Positions 1 through 17,751 of a stretch of 64,000 nucleotides of DNA are shown here, in pieces. How positions within the stretch are numbered: the first letter of the stretch is position 1; every line of letters begins with the position of its first letter. The position numbers and the translations under genes are program-made. Source of the stretch: an uncultured Chloroflexia bacterium (lineage in GTDB: Bacteria > Chloroflexota > Limnocylindria > Limnocylindrales > CSP1-4); NCBI GenBank assembly GCA_963763775.1, contig CAVXPZ010000003.1, forward strand, positions 384,001 through 448,000, read 5' to 3'. A model generated the notes under the pieces. It did no database searches and was not told the origin of the DNA. It saw only the letters and a list, made by a program, of their open reading frames with translations.

Positions 1-1296
1 GTTGGTCGGCACGATCCCGGTGACCTCGCCGGGGAGGTCGATCCCGGTCTGCGCCCCGAACCCGTACTGCTTGGCCCAGTACCCGAGCCGGTCGATCCCG
101 AGCATCCCGCCGACCGTGAAGAAGTACGTGTCGCTGGAGTGCCCGAACCCGCAGTAGATGTTGCAGGCCCCGAACCCCTGGTGGTTCCAGTCGTAGTAGC
201 GCGTCGGCCCGATCGACAGGTAGCCCTTGGTATGGATCCGCGTCGACGCCGTGATCTTCCCGTCCGACAGACCACCCGTCCCGGCGACGAGCTTGTACGT
301 CGAACCGGGCGCGTAGTTCGCCTGCACGGCATGGTTGAGGAGCGGGAGGTCCTTGTTCTTGAGGAGCTTGCTGAAGGCCTTGTTGCTGATCCCACGGGCG
401 AAGGCGTTGTTGTCGTACGTCGGAAGGCTCACCATCGCCAGGACCTCGCCGGTCTGCGGGTTCATGGCGATGAGCACCCCGCGGTGGTTCCCGATCGTCC
501 GAAGCCCCCACTTGAGCGCCTTCTCGGCCTGCTTCTGGACCGTCGTGTCGATCGTCAGCTTGAGCGAGTCTCCCGGCTTCACGTCGGACAAGGTCGCGAG
601 GACCTGCGTCTTCTGGCCGCGCGCGTTCCGCTCGACGCTCTCGGTGCCGTAGGTCCCGCGGAGATAGGACTCGTACTCCTGCTCGAGACCCGCCTTGCCG
701 ATGAGATCGTCGGGGAGGTAGCCCTTCGGCTGGAGGTTCGGGAGCTGCTCGGCCGAGACGGGACCTGTGTAGCCGACGATCTGCGACATCAGCGGCCCTG
801 TGGCGTACTCGCGGCGAGCCTCGACGACGACCTCCACGCCTGGCATGTCCGTCGACGACTCGGAGATGAGGCGGGCGGTCGCCTCGTCGACGTCGCCGGC
901 GATCCGGACGAAGTCGAACGCCGATCCGGGATTGCTGTCGATCGTCGAGTTGATCTCGGCCGCATCCATCCCGATCAACGAGGCGAGCCGGTCGACGACC
1001 TCGGGTCGGAACTGCACCGGCAGGTCGGACGGACGGATCTTCACGGCGAACGTCGGCACGTTCGAGACGAGGGGACGACCCTCGCGGTCGTAGATGAGGC
1101 CGCGCGGCGCCGGGATCGACTCGACGACGGTCCGCTGCGCGGTCGAGAGGGCCTTGAATTCGCCGCCATTGACGATCTGGAGGTAGAAGAGCCGGGCGGT
1201 CAGCGACGTGATGGCCAGCACGATGACCACGCCGAACACGAGGAAGCGCGACAGCCGTCGCGCGGGCTCGACCCGCCCGTCGAGGTAGCCGTTCAC
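1..1296 (-). CDS. mrdA: Penicillin-binding protein 2 (runs off the left edge of the window)
   Basis: Own translation from GTG at 1296 (overlapping the mreD stop): MNGYLDGRVEPARRLSRFLVFGVVIVLAITSLTARLFYLQI..IPAPRGLIYDR..PGSTYK (SxxK) and HSSDTYF; lies downstream of mreD. Confidence 0.93.
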   Translation of the reverse strand, partial: MNGYLDGRVEPARRLSRFLVFGVVIVLAITSLTARLFYLQIVNGGEFKALSTAQRTVVESIPAPRGLIYDREGRPLVSNVPTFAVKIRPSDLPVQFRPEVVDRLASLIGMDAAEINSTIDSNPGSAFDFVRIAGDVDEATARLISESSTDMPGVEVVVEARREYATGPLMSQIVGYTGPVSAEQLPNLQPKGYLPDDLIGKAGLEQEYESYLRGTYGTESVERNARGQKTQVLATLSDVKPGDSLKLTIDTTVQKQAEKALKWGLRTIGNHRGVLIAMNPQTGEVLAMVSLPTYDNNAFARGISNKAFSKLLKNKDLPLLNHAVQANYAPGSTYKLVAGTGGLSDGKITASTRIHTKGYLSIGPTRYYDWNHQGFGACNIYCGFGHSSDTYFFTVGGMLGIDRLGYWAKQYGFGAQTGIDLPGEVTGIVPTN

Positions 1297-1796
1297 CAGT
1301 CCACCCGCTCGGACTGGGCGGCGCGCCGGTCATGGATCGAGATCACGAGCGGCCCGATGACGGCGGCGAGGATCGTGTCGTAGATCGCGCCGGGCAGGAT
1401 GAGGCTCAGCGGGTCCGAGACCGGGAGCGGCGAGCGGAGAGCACCGAGCAAGACGAACATGACCATCGAATAAAGGAGACTCAGCAGGAACGTTGCGATG
1501 ATCGGGGCCAGGGGGCGGACCCGCGAGAAGATGTGCCCAAGGATCGACGCGCCACCCATGCAGAGCAGGAGGGCGAAGGCGGTTGATCCGAGTGGTCGCT
1601 GCGCCAATACATCAAGAGCAAGCCCGCCCACAAAGGCCCAGACGAGCCCCGCTTCGAGTCCGACCGCGATGGTGACGATGATCCCGAGGACCAGGACGAG
1701 GTGTGGAACGGCATCGCCGACCCGAAGGTACGGCGCCACGGTCAGTTCGAACAGGGCCGCCATCGTCGCGCCGACCGCGGCGAGCAGCAAGGTCAT
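1293..1796 (-). CDS. mreD: Rod shape-determining protein MreD
   Basis: Hydrophobic ~167 aa protein with 'PHLVLVL' and 'AFVGGLALDVL..PLG' MreD-like motifs, coupled to mrdA; start placed at ATG 1796. Confidence 0.85.
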   Translation of the reverse strand: MTLLLAAVGATMAALFELTVAPYLRVGDAVPHLVLVLGIIVTIAVGLEAGLVWAFVGGLALDVLAQRPLGSTAFALLLCMGGASILGHIFSRVRPLAPIIATFLLSLLYSMVMFVLLGALRSPLPVSDPLSLILPGAIYDTILAAVIGPLVISIHDRRAAQSERVDW

Positions 1797-1992
1797 GGAG
1801 CGGTCGATCCTCGGAGAGGTGCCCGAAGGTCGCGCGCCCGCCAACGCGGCACTCGACGCGATCGATTCGGCGGTGACGTCGGTGCCGAGTATCCCACGGA
1901 ACTTCGCGGAACGGCAACGGCCTCGTGGACGGCCGGGCCTCCGAGCATCGCTGCGAGGGATGTGCCCAGGGTCCGACACAGCGTCGGCCTCA

Positions 1993-2008
1993 TGTTTCAC
2001 GTGAAACA
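1993..2008. promoter_or_regulatory. parS site 1
   Basis: Perfect palindrome TGTTTCACGTGAAACA matching the parS consensus, upstream of parAB. Confidence 0.95.
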
Positions 2009-2098
2009 CTGCTGCAGGTGGCGATCGGTGGTGGCGGCGAACGCGGGGTCGCGATTTCGGACAGACACGTGGACCGACCGCCGGGGCGTGCCGCGTCG

Positions 2099-2114
2099 CG
2101 TTTCACGTGAAACA
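2099..2114. promoter_or_regulatory. parS site 2
   Basis: CGTTTCACGTGAAACA, one mismatch from the parS consensus. Confidence 0.92.
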
Positions 2115-2263
2115 CCGCCGGCCGGGCACGGAGTGCCGTAAGGCCGCGATACGCCGCGATGAATGCCGCTGTGGCACGCTCGCCGTCCCCGTCTCAACCT
2201 GAGGTCCGAGCGTCAGCGATGGTAGAATCAATGACCGTGAGACCACCCCGAGCAGGCTACTGA

Positions 2264-5957
<3,694 letters not shown>

Positions 5958-5958
5958 G

Positions 5959-6489
5959 GTGCGCGAGGTCCGGACCTCGCCACTCGCTCGGTTCGAGTTC
6001 GAACCGCACAACTGCTTCGCGTGCGGCTCGCTGAACACGGGCGGACTCCAGTTGTCGCTCCATCTGGACGATGCCCGGTCGTGGGCGGACATCACGCTCG
6101 ACCGACGCTTCGAGGGGTGGGAGGGGATCGCCCACGGCGGGATCCTGTGCACGATCCTGGACGAGGTCATGGCCTGGGCCCTCGTCGCCGAGGACAACTG
6201 GGGCGTGACCGCCCGCATGAACGTCGAGTTCCGAAAGCCGGTCTCGGTCGGCACGCCGATCCGGGCCGAAGGCTGGATCGTCCGGTCGCGCCGACGCATC
6301 GTCGAGACCGAAGGGCGCATCAGCGACGTCGAGACGGGCTCGGTGCTCGCGACGGCGACCGGGACCTACGTCGCGGCCGACGCCGAACGCAAACGCCAGC
6401 TGCGGGAGCGCTACGGGTTCCGCCTGCTCGAGATGCGCGGGGATACCGACACGCCCGGCTCCGTGGACAGCCAGGGGCGCCCGCGATGA
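5959..6489 (+). CDS. PaaI-family (hotdog fold) thioesterase
   Basis: CFACG..N, GIAHGGILCTILDEVM; start inferred at the GTG just after the gyrB stop. Confidence 0.85.
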   Translation: MREVRTSPLARFEFEPHNCFACGSLNTGGLQLSLHLDDARSWADITLDRRFEGWEGIAHGGILCTILDEVMAWALVAEDNWGVTARMNVEFRKPVSVGTPIRAEGWIVRSRRRIVETEGRISDVETGSVLATATGTYVAADAERKRQLRERYGFRLLEMRGDTDTPGSVDSQGRPR

Positions 6490-7520
6490 CGCCGGCCACG
6501 ACCGCCCCTGCGGAGGCCGCGCCGACCACGGCGCCGTCTGCCGAGTCAGCCGACAGCGCCCGCGTGCGCAGCCCCATCACCGAGCGGGCGGTGGCCTTCG
6601 TCGCCGAGCGCCGGCCGACCGCCGAGGCCATCGGCGCCGGCCTGGCCGACCACATCGGCGATCCGGACGCGTTCGCCAAGGCCCTGACCGCCGGTCTCCA
6701 GCAGCTGGCCGATCCGGAGTATCTCGAGGGTGCCCAGCGGATCGCCCCCGGCCTCGGTCCGGTCTACGGCGTCCGCTGGCCGTTGATGGCCGCGATCGCG
6801 CGTGGCTTCCGCCACGCCACACGGCAGGACCGGCCGACGCCGCTGCTCTTCATCGCCGATCGCCTCTTCGATGAGTCCCACCTCGAACCCCGCTGGTTCG
6901 CCTTCGGCCTCCTCGAGCGCACGCTGGGCGGCGAGACCGAGCGGACCTGGCAACTGCTGCGCCGCGCCGCCCGCGAGTCCGGCGACTGGATCACGGTCGA
7001 TTCGCTCGCGCATCCGTACGGCAAGGGCGTGCTCGCGGAGGCGTATCGCTGGGCCGAGCTGGAGCAGCTCGTGTACTCCCCGTCGCGCTGGGAGCGCCGC
7101 CTGGTCGGCTCGACCATCGCGACCATCCCGTTCGCGGACCGCCGCCTCGGCCGCGACCCCGAGGTGGTTCGCCGGGCCATCCCGATCCTTGCCCAGCTCA
7201 TCGGCGACGCCGAGCCCGACGTCCAGAAGGCCCTTTCCTGGGCGTACCGCTCGATGGCGGCCGTGGACCTCGCCATGACGACCGACGCGCTGCGCGCCGA
7301 GACGGACCGCGCGGCCGAGACGCACGACGGCCATCGCGCCTGGGTCATCCGCGACACCCTGGCCAAGCTCGACCCGGCCGATGCCGCCGAGCTCCGGACA
7401 CGCCTCGACGGCATCCGCAAGCGCCCCGGCGCGCCGACGACCTCGACCGCCGCCGAGACGGCCGCCCGTTTCGGCGAGCTGCCCGACCCGGCGATGTTCC
7501 CCGACCCACCGCTCACCTGA
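6486..7520 (+). CDS. DNA alkylation repair protein (AlkD-like HEAT-repeat)
   Basis: YGVRWP, WITVDSLA, WERRL, VQKALSWAYR motifs typical of the AlkD family; ATGA overlap with the thioesterase. Confidence 0.75.
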   Translation: MTPATTAPAEAAPTTAPSAESADSARVRSPITERAVAFVAERRPTAEAIGAGLADHIGDPDAFAKALTAGLQQLADPEYLEGAQRIAPGLGPVYGVRWPLMAAIARGFRHATRQDRPTPLLFIADRLFDESHLEPRWFAFGLLERTLGGETERTWQLLRRAARESGDWITVDSLAHPYGKGVLAEAYRWAELEQLVYSPSRWERRLVGSTIATIPFADRRLGRDPEVVRRAIPILAQLIGDAEPDVQKALSWAYRSMAAVDLAMTTDALRAETDRAAETHDGHRAWVIRDTLAKLDPADAAELRTRLDGIRKRPGAPTTSTAAETAARFGELPDPAMFPDPPLT

Positions 7521-7551
7521 CGAACCTGACCACCTGGAGGAGTAGCGCGAC

Positions 7552-10116
7552 GTGACCGACGACCTCGGCGACATCCGGGCCATCCGCATCGAGGACGAGA
7601 TGCGGACCAGCTACCTCGACTACGCGATGAGCGTGATCGTGGCGCGCGCGCTCCCCGATGTCCGCGACGGCCTCAAGCCGGTCCACCGCCGGATCCTCTA
7701 CACGATGGGCGAGATGGGGCTCTCGTCCAACAGCTCCTACCGCAAGTGCGCCGCGATCGTCGGCGAGGTGATGGGCAAGTACCACCCGCACGGCGACGTC
7801 GCCCTGTACGACGCCCTCGTCCGGCTGGCCCAGGACTTCTCGCTGCGCTACCCGCTGGTCGACGGGCAGGGCAACTTCGGATCGGTCGACGGCGACAGTG
7901 CGGCCGCGATGCGCTACACGGAAGCCCGCCTGACGGCGATCGCCGCCGAGATGCTCGACGACATCGATAAGGACACCGTCGACTACGAGGACAACTACGA
8001 CGGGACCCAGCGTCAGCCCACCGTCCTGCCGGCAAAGCTCCCGAACCTCCTCATCAACGGCTCGTCCGGCATCGCCGTCGGCATGGCCACGAACATCCCG
8101 CCGCACCACCTCGGCGAGATCGTGGACGCGGCCGTCGCCATCATCGACGACCCCGACCTCACGTCGGACGACCTCTGCAAGTTCGTCCTCGGGCCGGACT
8201 TCCCGACCGGCGGCACGATCTTCCGCTACGAGAAGCAGCGCAACGCCCTCACCGGGGAGTGGGAGACCGTCGACGCCATCCGGCAGATGTACGCCCACGG
8301 CCGCGGCCGCGTCGTGATGCGCGCGCAGGTCGCGTTCGAGGAGGTCCGCGGCGATCGCACGGCGATCATCGTCACCGAGCTGCCGTACCAGGTGAACAAG
8401 GCGACGCTCCTCGAGAAGATCGCGGAGCTCGTCAAGGACAAGCGGATCGAGGGCATCGCCGACCTGCGCGACGAGTCCGACCGCGACGGGATGCGGATCT
8501 ACGTCGAGATCAAGCGCGACGCGAATCCGCACAAGGTCATGAACAACCTCTTCAAGCACACGCCGATGCAGCTCGCGTTCAACATGAACATGCTCGCGCT
8601 CGTCGACGGCCAGCCCCAGACGCTCCCGCTCCGGAGCGTGCTGGTCCACTACATCGACCACCGTCAGGACATCGTCCGCCGCCGGACCGAGTTCGACCTC
8701 GGCAAGGCGCGCTCGCGGGCGCACATCCTCGAAGGCCTCAAGATCGCGCTCGACCACCTCGACGCGGTCATCAAGACCATCCGCGAGTCCGCCGACGTCG
8801 AGCTGGCGCGCTCGAACCTCATGTCGCGGTTCGACCTCTCCGAGCTCCAGGCGCAGGCCATCCTCGACCTGCGGCTGGCCCGCCTCGCGGCCCTCGAGCG
8901 CCAGAAGATCGAGGACGAGTACCTCTCGGTCATCCAGCTGATCGCCGAGCTCGAGGACATCCTCGCGAACCCGGCGCGCGTGCTCCAGATCATCAAGGAC
9001 GAGCTGGCCGAGCTGAAGAAGAAGTACGCCGGCGAGCGGCGGACGCGCGTCGCGGACGACGCCAGTCGCGAGATGACCGACGAGGACCTCATCGCCGACG
9101 AGGACGTCGTCGTGACGATCTCGGGCCGCGGCTACATCAAGCGGCAGCCGGTCGACACCTATCGCCGCCAGCACCGTGGCGGGAAGGGGATCATCGGCCA
9201 CGTCACCCGCGAGGAGGACGCGGTCGAGAGCCTGCTCGTCGCGAACACGCACGATTGGGCGCTCTTCTTCACGAATCGCGGCCGCGTGTTCTCGGCCAAG
9301 GTCCACGCCATCCCCGACGCCAGCCGCCAGGCGAAGGGCATCCCGATCATCAACCTGCCGGGCGTCCAGGTGGAATCGGGCGAGGTCCCGATGGCCACGA
9401 TCATGCTGCCCGACTTCCAGGCTGGCTCCTATCTCGTGCTGGCCACGCGCAACGGCATCGTCAAGAAGACCCCGCTGGAGCAGTTCGAGCGGGTCCGCTC
9501 CTCGGGGATCCGGGCGATCACGATCGCCGACGACGACGAGCTCGCCTGGGTCGACGTCTCGACCGGCGCGGACGACGTCATCATCGCCACATCCAAGGGC
9601 AAGCTGGCCCGCTTCGCCGAGACCGAAGTCCGGGCGATGGGCCGCGACGCCGCGGGCGTGATCGGCATCCGGCTCGCCCGCCAGGGGGACGCCGTCGTGG
9701 GCATGAGCATCGTCCAGCCGAATGCGGACATCCTGGTGCTCACCGAGACCGGCTACGGCAAGCGCGTGCCGCTGACCGAGTTCCGCCGCAAGCATCGGGG
9801 CGGCCAGGGGGTCGGCCTGATCTCGCTCGAGGGCCGCAAGACCGGCGACGTCGCCGCGGTCCAGCAGGTCACCGACGAGGACGAGGAGCTGCTCCTCATC
9901 TCGGCGGGCGGCCAGGTCATCCGGACCGAGACGAACACGATCAACCGCTACTCCTCGTCCGCGCGCGGCGTCATCGTCATGCGCCTGGCCGAAGGCGACC
10001 GTGTCGTGGCGATCGCGGCGTTCCGCGCCGGACTTGCGGAGCGGGACGGCATGGGCGACGATGGCGACCCCACGCCGGGCGGACCCGGGTCGGCCGCGCC
10101 GACCGGCGGCGGGTGA
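7552..10116 (+). CDS. gyrA: DNA gyrase subunit A
   Basis: [37 protein letters not shown], GyrA-box QHRGGKG; SD GGAGG. Confidence 0.98.
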   Translation: MTDDLGDIRAIRIEDEMRTSYLDYAMSVIVARALPDVRDGLKPVHRRILYTMGEMGLSSNSSYRKCAAIVGEVMGKYHPHGDVALYDALVRLAQDFSLRYPLVDGQGNFGSVDGDSAAAMRYTEARLTAIAAEMLDDIDKDTVDYEDNYDGTQRQPTVLPAKLPNLLINGSSGIAVGMATNIPPHHLGEIVDAAVAIIDDPDLTSDDLCKFVLGPDFPTGGTIFRYEKQRNALTGEWETVDAIRQMYAHGRGRVVMRAQVAFEEVRGDRTAIIVTELPYQVNKATLLEKIAELVKDKRIEGIADLRDESDRDGMRIYVEIKRDANPHKVMNNLFKHTPMQLAFNMNMLALVDGQPQTLPLRSVLVHYIDHRQDIVRRRTEFDLGKARSRAHILEGLKIALDHLDAVIKTIRESADVELARSNLMSRFDLSELQAQAILDLRLARLAALERQKIEDEYLSVIQLIAELEDILANPARVLQIIKDELAELKKKYAGERRTRVADDASREMTDEDLIADEDVVVTISGRGYIKRQPVDTYRRQHRGGKGIIGHVTREEDAVESLLVANTHDWALFFTNRGRVFSAKVHAIPDASRQAKGIPIINLPGVQVESGEVPMATIMLPDFQAGSYLVLATRNGIVKKTPLEQFERVRSSGIRAITIADDDELAWVDVSTGADDVIIATSKGKLARFAETEVRAMGRDAAGVIGIRLARQGDAVVGMSIVQPNADILVLTETGYGKRVPLTEFRRKHRGGQGVGLISLEGRKTGDVAAVQQVTDEDEELLLISAGGQVIRTETNTINRYSSSARGVIVMRLAEGDRVVAIAAFRAGLAERDGMGDDGDPTPGGPGSAAPTGGG

Positions 10117-10177
10117 TCCGGCGTGACGGGCACGTGACCAGCACCTGACGGCCTTGGACGACCAGGAAGGGACGCCC

Positions 10178-11257
10178 TTGTACGCGGACCAGTTCGAGAT
10201 CTATCACGGCAACTCGAACCCGGGCCTCGCCCGAAAGATCTGCCGGTATCTCGGCACGGAACCGGGCAAGGCCGAGGTCTTCCAGTTCGCGAACGAGAAC
10301 ATCTTCGTCAAGATCCTCGAGAACGTCCGCGAGAAGGACGTCTTCCTGATCCAGCCGACGAGCCACCCGGTCAACCAGTCGATCATGGAACTCCTGATCC
10401 TGATCGACGCGTTCAAGCGGGCCAGCGCCGGACGCATCACCGCGGTGATCCCGTTCTACGCCTACGGTCGGTCCGACAAGAAGGACCAGCCCCGCGTGCC
10501 CATCACGGCCCGCCTCATCGCCGACATGATCACGGTGGCGGGCGCCGACCGGGTCCTGACGATGGACCTCCACCAGGGCCAGATCCAGGGCTTCTTCAAC
10601 ATCCCGGTCGACGAGCTGACCGCGGTCCACATGCTCTCGAACTACTTCCGCCACAAGCGGATCGACGAGCCGGTCGTCGTCACGGACCTGGGCTTCGCCA
10701 AGCGGGCCCGCACCTTCGCCGAGCTGCTGGACGCCCCACTGGCGATCATCGAGAAGCGGCGTGTCGGAAACCTCGACCGCGCGGAGCTCATGAACGTCAT
10801 CGGCGACGTGAAAGGCAAGCGCGCGATCATCGTCGACGACGAGATCGACACGGCCGGCACCCTCGTGGAGATCGTCCGGGCCCTGGAGCGGGAGGGCGTC
10901 ACCGAGATCTACGCCTGTGCCACCCATGGGGTCCTCTCGGACCCGGCCGTCGACCGTATCGCCGCGTCGTCGCTCATCGAGGTGGTCCTCACGGACTCGA
11001 TCCCGCTCCCGGAGCGCAAGCGGATCCCGAAGATCACGACCCTCTCGGTCGCGCCGCTGATCGGCGAGGCCATCAAGCGCATCCACCGCGGGGAGTCCGT
11101 CGGCGCCCTCTTCTCGAGCGAGGTGTCGCTGACGCAGGAGATGCTCCTGTGGGAGGATGGCACGGAGGGCACGCTCGATACCCGTGACGAGGGCGAGGAT
11201 GACGGAGAACCCTCGACGGACCCCTTTCTGAGCGTCGTACCCTCGGGAGACCGATGA
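10178..11257 (+). CDS. prs: Ribose-phosphate pyrophosphokinase
   Basis: PFYAYGRSDKK, MDLHQGQIQGFF, IVDDEIDTAGT, CATHGVLS; TTG start after AGGAAGG. Confidence 0.96.
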   Translation: MYADQFEIYHGNSNPGLARKICRYLGTEPGKAEVFQFANENIFVKILENVREKDVFLIQPTSHPVNQSIMELLILIDAFKRASAGRITAVIPFYAYGRSDKKDQPRVPITARLIADMITVAGADRVLTMDLHQGQIQGFFNIPVDELTAVHMLSNYFRHKRIDEPVVVTDLGFAKRARTFAELLDAPLAIIEKRRVGNLDRAELMNVIGDVKGKRAIIVDDEIDTAGTLVEIVRALEREGVTEIYACATHGVLSDPAVDRIAASSLIEVVLTDSIPLPERKRIPKITTLSVAPLIGEAIKRIHRGESVGALFSSEVSLTQEMLLWEDGTEGTLDTRDEGEDDGEPSTDPFLSVVPSGDR

Positions 11258-11505
11258 CCCTCCAGCTCCACCAGCCCGACGACGAAGGCGGTCTCGCCCC
11301 GCGTGTCGTGACCGACAAGAACTGGCGCAACCAGCTGCGCTCCGCGCGCTGGGGCCGGGACCTCGACGGTGGGCACCTGCCGGCCCTGAAGAACCCCGAG
11401 ATGAACCCGACGTCACGCCTGCGGTCCGTGATGTTCTGGGCCGCGCTCGGCGTCCTGACGTTCGGACTCCTCGTCGTGGGGTACGGCACCGGCTTCTGGT
11501 CCTGA
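11254..11505 (+). CDS. Small hypothetical protein with C-terminal transmembrane helix
   Basis: ATGA overlap with prs, GC3-rich codons, hydrophobic C-terminus. Confidence 0.7.
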   Translation: MTLQLHQPDDEGGLAPRVVTDKNWRNQLRSARWGRDLDGGHLPALKNPEMNPTSRLRSVMFWAALGVLTFGLLVVGYGTGFWS

Positions 11506-11554
11506 GCCGTTTCCGGGGGCCGAACGGCGACCCGCCCCTATACTTGACCGTCCC

Positions 11555-14520
<2,966 letters not shown>

Positions 14521-14524
<4 letters not shown>

Positions 14525-15117
14525 GCCGGGACCTCGTTCGACTCGCGGCCATCGGCGTCGCGGGCGCGTTCCTCATCACGGCCTACACGACCTGGCGGAT
14601 CATCGCCCAGGGTGACCGCGACGACGCGCGCCCGGCGGATGCCATCGTGGTCATGGGCGCCGCGCAATACGACGGGCGGCCGTCCCCGGTCTTCGCGGCA
14701 CGCCTGGACCACGCCATCGACCTCTATCACCAGGGGATCGCCCCGCACCTGGTCGTGACGGGCGGCAAGCAGGCCGGGGACCGGACCACCGAGGCCGCGA
14801 GCGCCATGGCCTATGCGATCGCGCGAGGGGTCCCGGCGACGGCGATCCTCGTCGAGGACCAGGCACGGACGACCCTCCAGTCCGTCCGTGCCGTCGGGTC
14901 CGTCATGCGCGACGCCGGCCTCCACTCGGCGGTCTTCGTATCCGACCGCCAGCACATGCTCCGAGTCCTGCGGATGGCGCAGGACGCCGGCATCGTCGGG
15001 TGGGGATCGCCCACGGCGACGAGCCCGCTCGAAGGCGACGCGATGGCCCGCGTCGACGCCACGGTCCACGAACTCGGCGCCCTCGCGATCTACTTCGTGA
15101 CCGGCGAGTCGCCCTGA
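14521..15117 (+). CDS. YdcF/DUF218 family membrane-anchored protein
   Basis: DAIVVMGAA, LVVTGGK, EDQARTT, VSDRQHMLR; start uncertain (CTG overlapping the secA stop). Confidence 0.85.
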
Positions 15118-15151
15118 CCGTTGCGGTGCGCGAACCGGACGGATTTCCCTC

Positions 15152-15180
15152 TTGGCGATAGGGGTTTGGCCCCGTATACT
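15152..15180 (+). promoter_or_regulatory. Putative sigma70 promoter for the Cys-rich ORF-prfB operon
   Basis: TTGGCG-N17-TATACT. Confidence 0.55.
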
Positions 15181-15275
15181 CATCCAAGCCTGCCATCCCG
15201 GACCGCCCGAGTCCCTCAGCAGGTGTGCCCCAGCCCTGGTCGAGCCGTGCCCCCCGAGCTAGAGAGAGGGAGTCT

Positions 15276-15500
15276 GTGAAGCAGGTCGAGGAAGCATCGT
15301 TCGTCGATCTCATCGCCTGCGAGCGCGACTGCCGGAACTGCAGCTATGCCGCGGCGCTCGACTGCGATGGCAACTGCGGCGTCTGCCCACATAACGGCTA
15401 TTGCCCCTGCGTGAACCCCGTCGTCGCCCGGAGCAAGACCGCGCTGCGGCTCATCGAGCTGCGCCCGTTGCTGCTCCAGGATCTGCAGACCAGGAACTAG
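15276..15500 (+). CDS. Small cysteine-rich hypothetical protein (74 aa)
   Basis: Purine-rich RBS GAGAGGGAG before GTG; two CxxxCxxC motifs plus CPC; stop directly abuts the prfB start. Confidence 0.75.
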   Translation: MKQVEEASFVDLIACERDCRNCSYAAALDCDGNCGVCPHNGYCPCVNPVVARSKTALRLIELRPLLLQDLQTRN

Positions 15501-16602
15501 GTGGACTCCGCCGCCATCCGGGACCTGGCCGAACGGATCCGGTCGACCTCGGGGCGTCTTTGACCTCGAGGCCAAAGGGGCTCGCGCCGACGAACTCGAC
15601 GCCCTGACCATGGAGCCCGGCTTCTGGGACGACAGCCGGGCTGCCCAGAAGGTCACCCGCGAGGCCAGCGGCCTGCGCGAGGAGATCCAGACATGGGGCG
15701 ACCTCGAGCGCCGTGCGGATGACCTGCTCGCCGCCGTCGAGCTGCTCGCCGAAGCCCCCGACGCGGATCTCGAGACCGAGCTGGACCGCGACGCGGCGTC
15801 GCTCGAGACCGACTTCCGCCGCGAGCGAACGGCCCTGCTGTTCTCCGGCGAGTACGACGATCGCAACGCGCTGCTGTCGATCAGCGCGGGCGCCGGCGGA
15901 ACCGAGGCGACCGACTGGGCGGAGATGCTCCTGCGCATGTACCTGCGCTGGGCCGAGCGGCACCGGTTCCCGACCGAGATCCTCGACCAGCAGGAAGGGG
16001 AGCAGGCCGGCCTCAAGAGCGTCACCGTCGCCGTCGACGGCCGGCGTGCCTACGGCTGGCTGCGACCGGAGCGCGGGGTCCATCGGCTGGTCCGGATCAG
16101 CCCGTTCGACTCCCAGAACCGGCGCCAGACGACCTTCGCCCTCGTCGAGGTCCTCCCGGAGGTCGACGACGACGTCGAGATCGAGCTCGACTGGGACGAG
16201 ATCCGGGTCGACACGTATCGGTCGCAGGGCGCGGGCGGCCAACACGTCAACAAGACCGACAGCGCCGTCCGCCTGACCCACCTGCCCACGGGGATCGTCG
16301 CGCAGAGCCAGAACGAGCGCAGCCAGACGCAGAACAAGGAGACGGCGATCAAGGTCCTCAAGGCGCGGCTCCTGGAGCGCGCGCTCGAGGAGAAGGAGGC
16401 GGAGCTCCAGATCCTGAAAGGCGTGCACGTCGAGGCCGGCTGGGGCAACCAGATCCGGAGCTACGTGCTGCACCCGTATCAGATGGTCAAGGACCTGCGG
16501 ACGAACCACGAGACGAGCAACACCGGCGCGGTGCTCGACGGCGACCTCGACGCCTTCATGCAGGCGGAACTCGAGCGCGGCATCGGCGTCGACGAGGCGT
16601 GA
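15501..16602 (+). CDS. prfB: Peptide chain release factor 2 with programmed +1 frameshift at CTT TGA C (15558-15564)
   Basis: GTG at 15501 reads in frame to CTT-TGA-C preceded by GGGG; the +1 frame has SPF and GGQ motifs. Confidence 0.96.
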
Positions 16603-17561
16603 CCGTCGCCGAGGCGCTCCAGTACCGCCCGGTCCGCGCGGAGGAGCTCTCGCGCTGCGCCGAGATCTGGCGCGACTCGATCAACGACTACATCGTCCGG
16701 CTCGGGCAATACGAGATCGGCAACGAGACCGGGCCACTGCTCCGGCTCTACGCCCATCTGTCCGCGACCGATGGTGAGCGCTTCGTCGTCGGGACGCGAC
16801 TGGACGCGGAGACCGGGACCGAGCGGGTCGTGGCGTTCGTCGCCGCCCTGGTCCGCGAACGGCTGTGGTTCCTGTCGATGCTGTTCGTGGACCCCGCCGT
16901 CCAGGCACAAGGCATCGGGCGGGCCTTGCTGGCACGAGTGATGCCGCCGGCCGGGAGCGGCATGTCGATGGCCACGGCGACCGACAGCGCGCAGCCGATC
17001 TCGAACGCGCTGTACGCCAGCTACGGGATCGTGCCGCGCATCCCGCTGCTGAACCTCATCGGACTACCGGAGCGGCTGGACGCCTTCGAGCCGCTGCCGT
17101 CGGGCGTGACGGCGGTCCCGTTCGAGGCGATCGCGGCGGGGCCACCGGACGGGCCCGGGCACCGCCAGTTGACCGAAGCCGTGGACGCGCTCGATCGCGA
17201 GGTGCTCGGGGTCGCGCACCCGGGGGATCATCGGTATCTGCGAACGGAGTCCCGGCGCGGTTGGCTGTATCGCGGTCCGGACGGTGCGGCACTCGGGTAC
17301 GGCTACGCGACGGAGGCCGGGCGCGTGGGTCCGATCGCGGTCCGCGACGAGGCCCTCCTGAGTCCGGTCCTCGGCCACCTGATGTCCGCCGTGCAGCCGC
17401 GCGGCGCGTTCGCCTTGTGGCTTCCGGGGACCGCCGACCGCGCCGTCGTGCCGGTGCTGCGGGCCGGGTTCCGCCTCGACCAGTTCCCCGTCCTGCTCTG
17501 CTGGGACCAGCCGTTCGCCGACTTCAGCCGCTACCTGCCGATCTCACCAGGCCTGCTGTAG
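16599..17561 (+). CDS. GNAT family N-acetyltransferase (tandem-domain type)
   Basis: LFVDPAVQAQGIGRALL acetyl-CoA motif, LYASYG; GTGA overlap with prfB. Confidence 0.8.
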   Translation: MTVAEALQYRPVRAEELSRCAEIWRDSINDYIVRLGQYEIGNETGPLLRLYAHLSATDGERFVVGTRLDAETGTERVVAFVAALVRERLWFLSMLFVDPAVQAQGIGRALLARVMPPAGSGMSMATATDSAQPISNALYASYGIVPRIPLLNLIGLPERLDAFEPLPSGVTAVPFEAIAAGPPDGPGHRQLTEAVDALDREVLGVAHPGDHRYLRTESRRGWLYRGPDGAALGYGYATEAGRVGPIAVRDEALLSPVLGHLMSAVQPRGAFALWLPGTADRAVVPVLRAGFRLDQFPVLLCWDQPFADFSRYLPISPGLL

Positions 17562-17751
17562 CGGAACGCACCGGACCCCACCGCACCGGACCATCGTCCC
17601 GGGTGCGCGATGACCCTCGTCACGTTTGCCGGACCCCGGCGTCGATGGTAGCCTCGGACCGAGTGGCTCCCCTTGCCGTGCCCGCGGACGGAGTCCAGCC
17701 GCCTCCCACCGGCGACGTCGGTCGTCGGCAGCCTCGACCGCGGAGCCGAAC

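Noticed and set aside
15276-15500. Cys-rich ORF as a RiPP (ranthipeptide) precursor
   Set aside because: No radical SAM enzyme, protease or exporter nearby; neighbours are housekeeping genes
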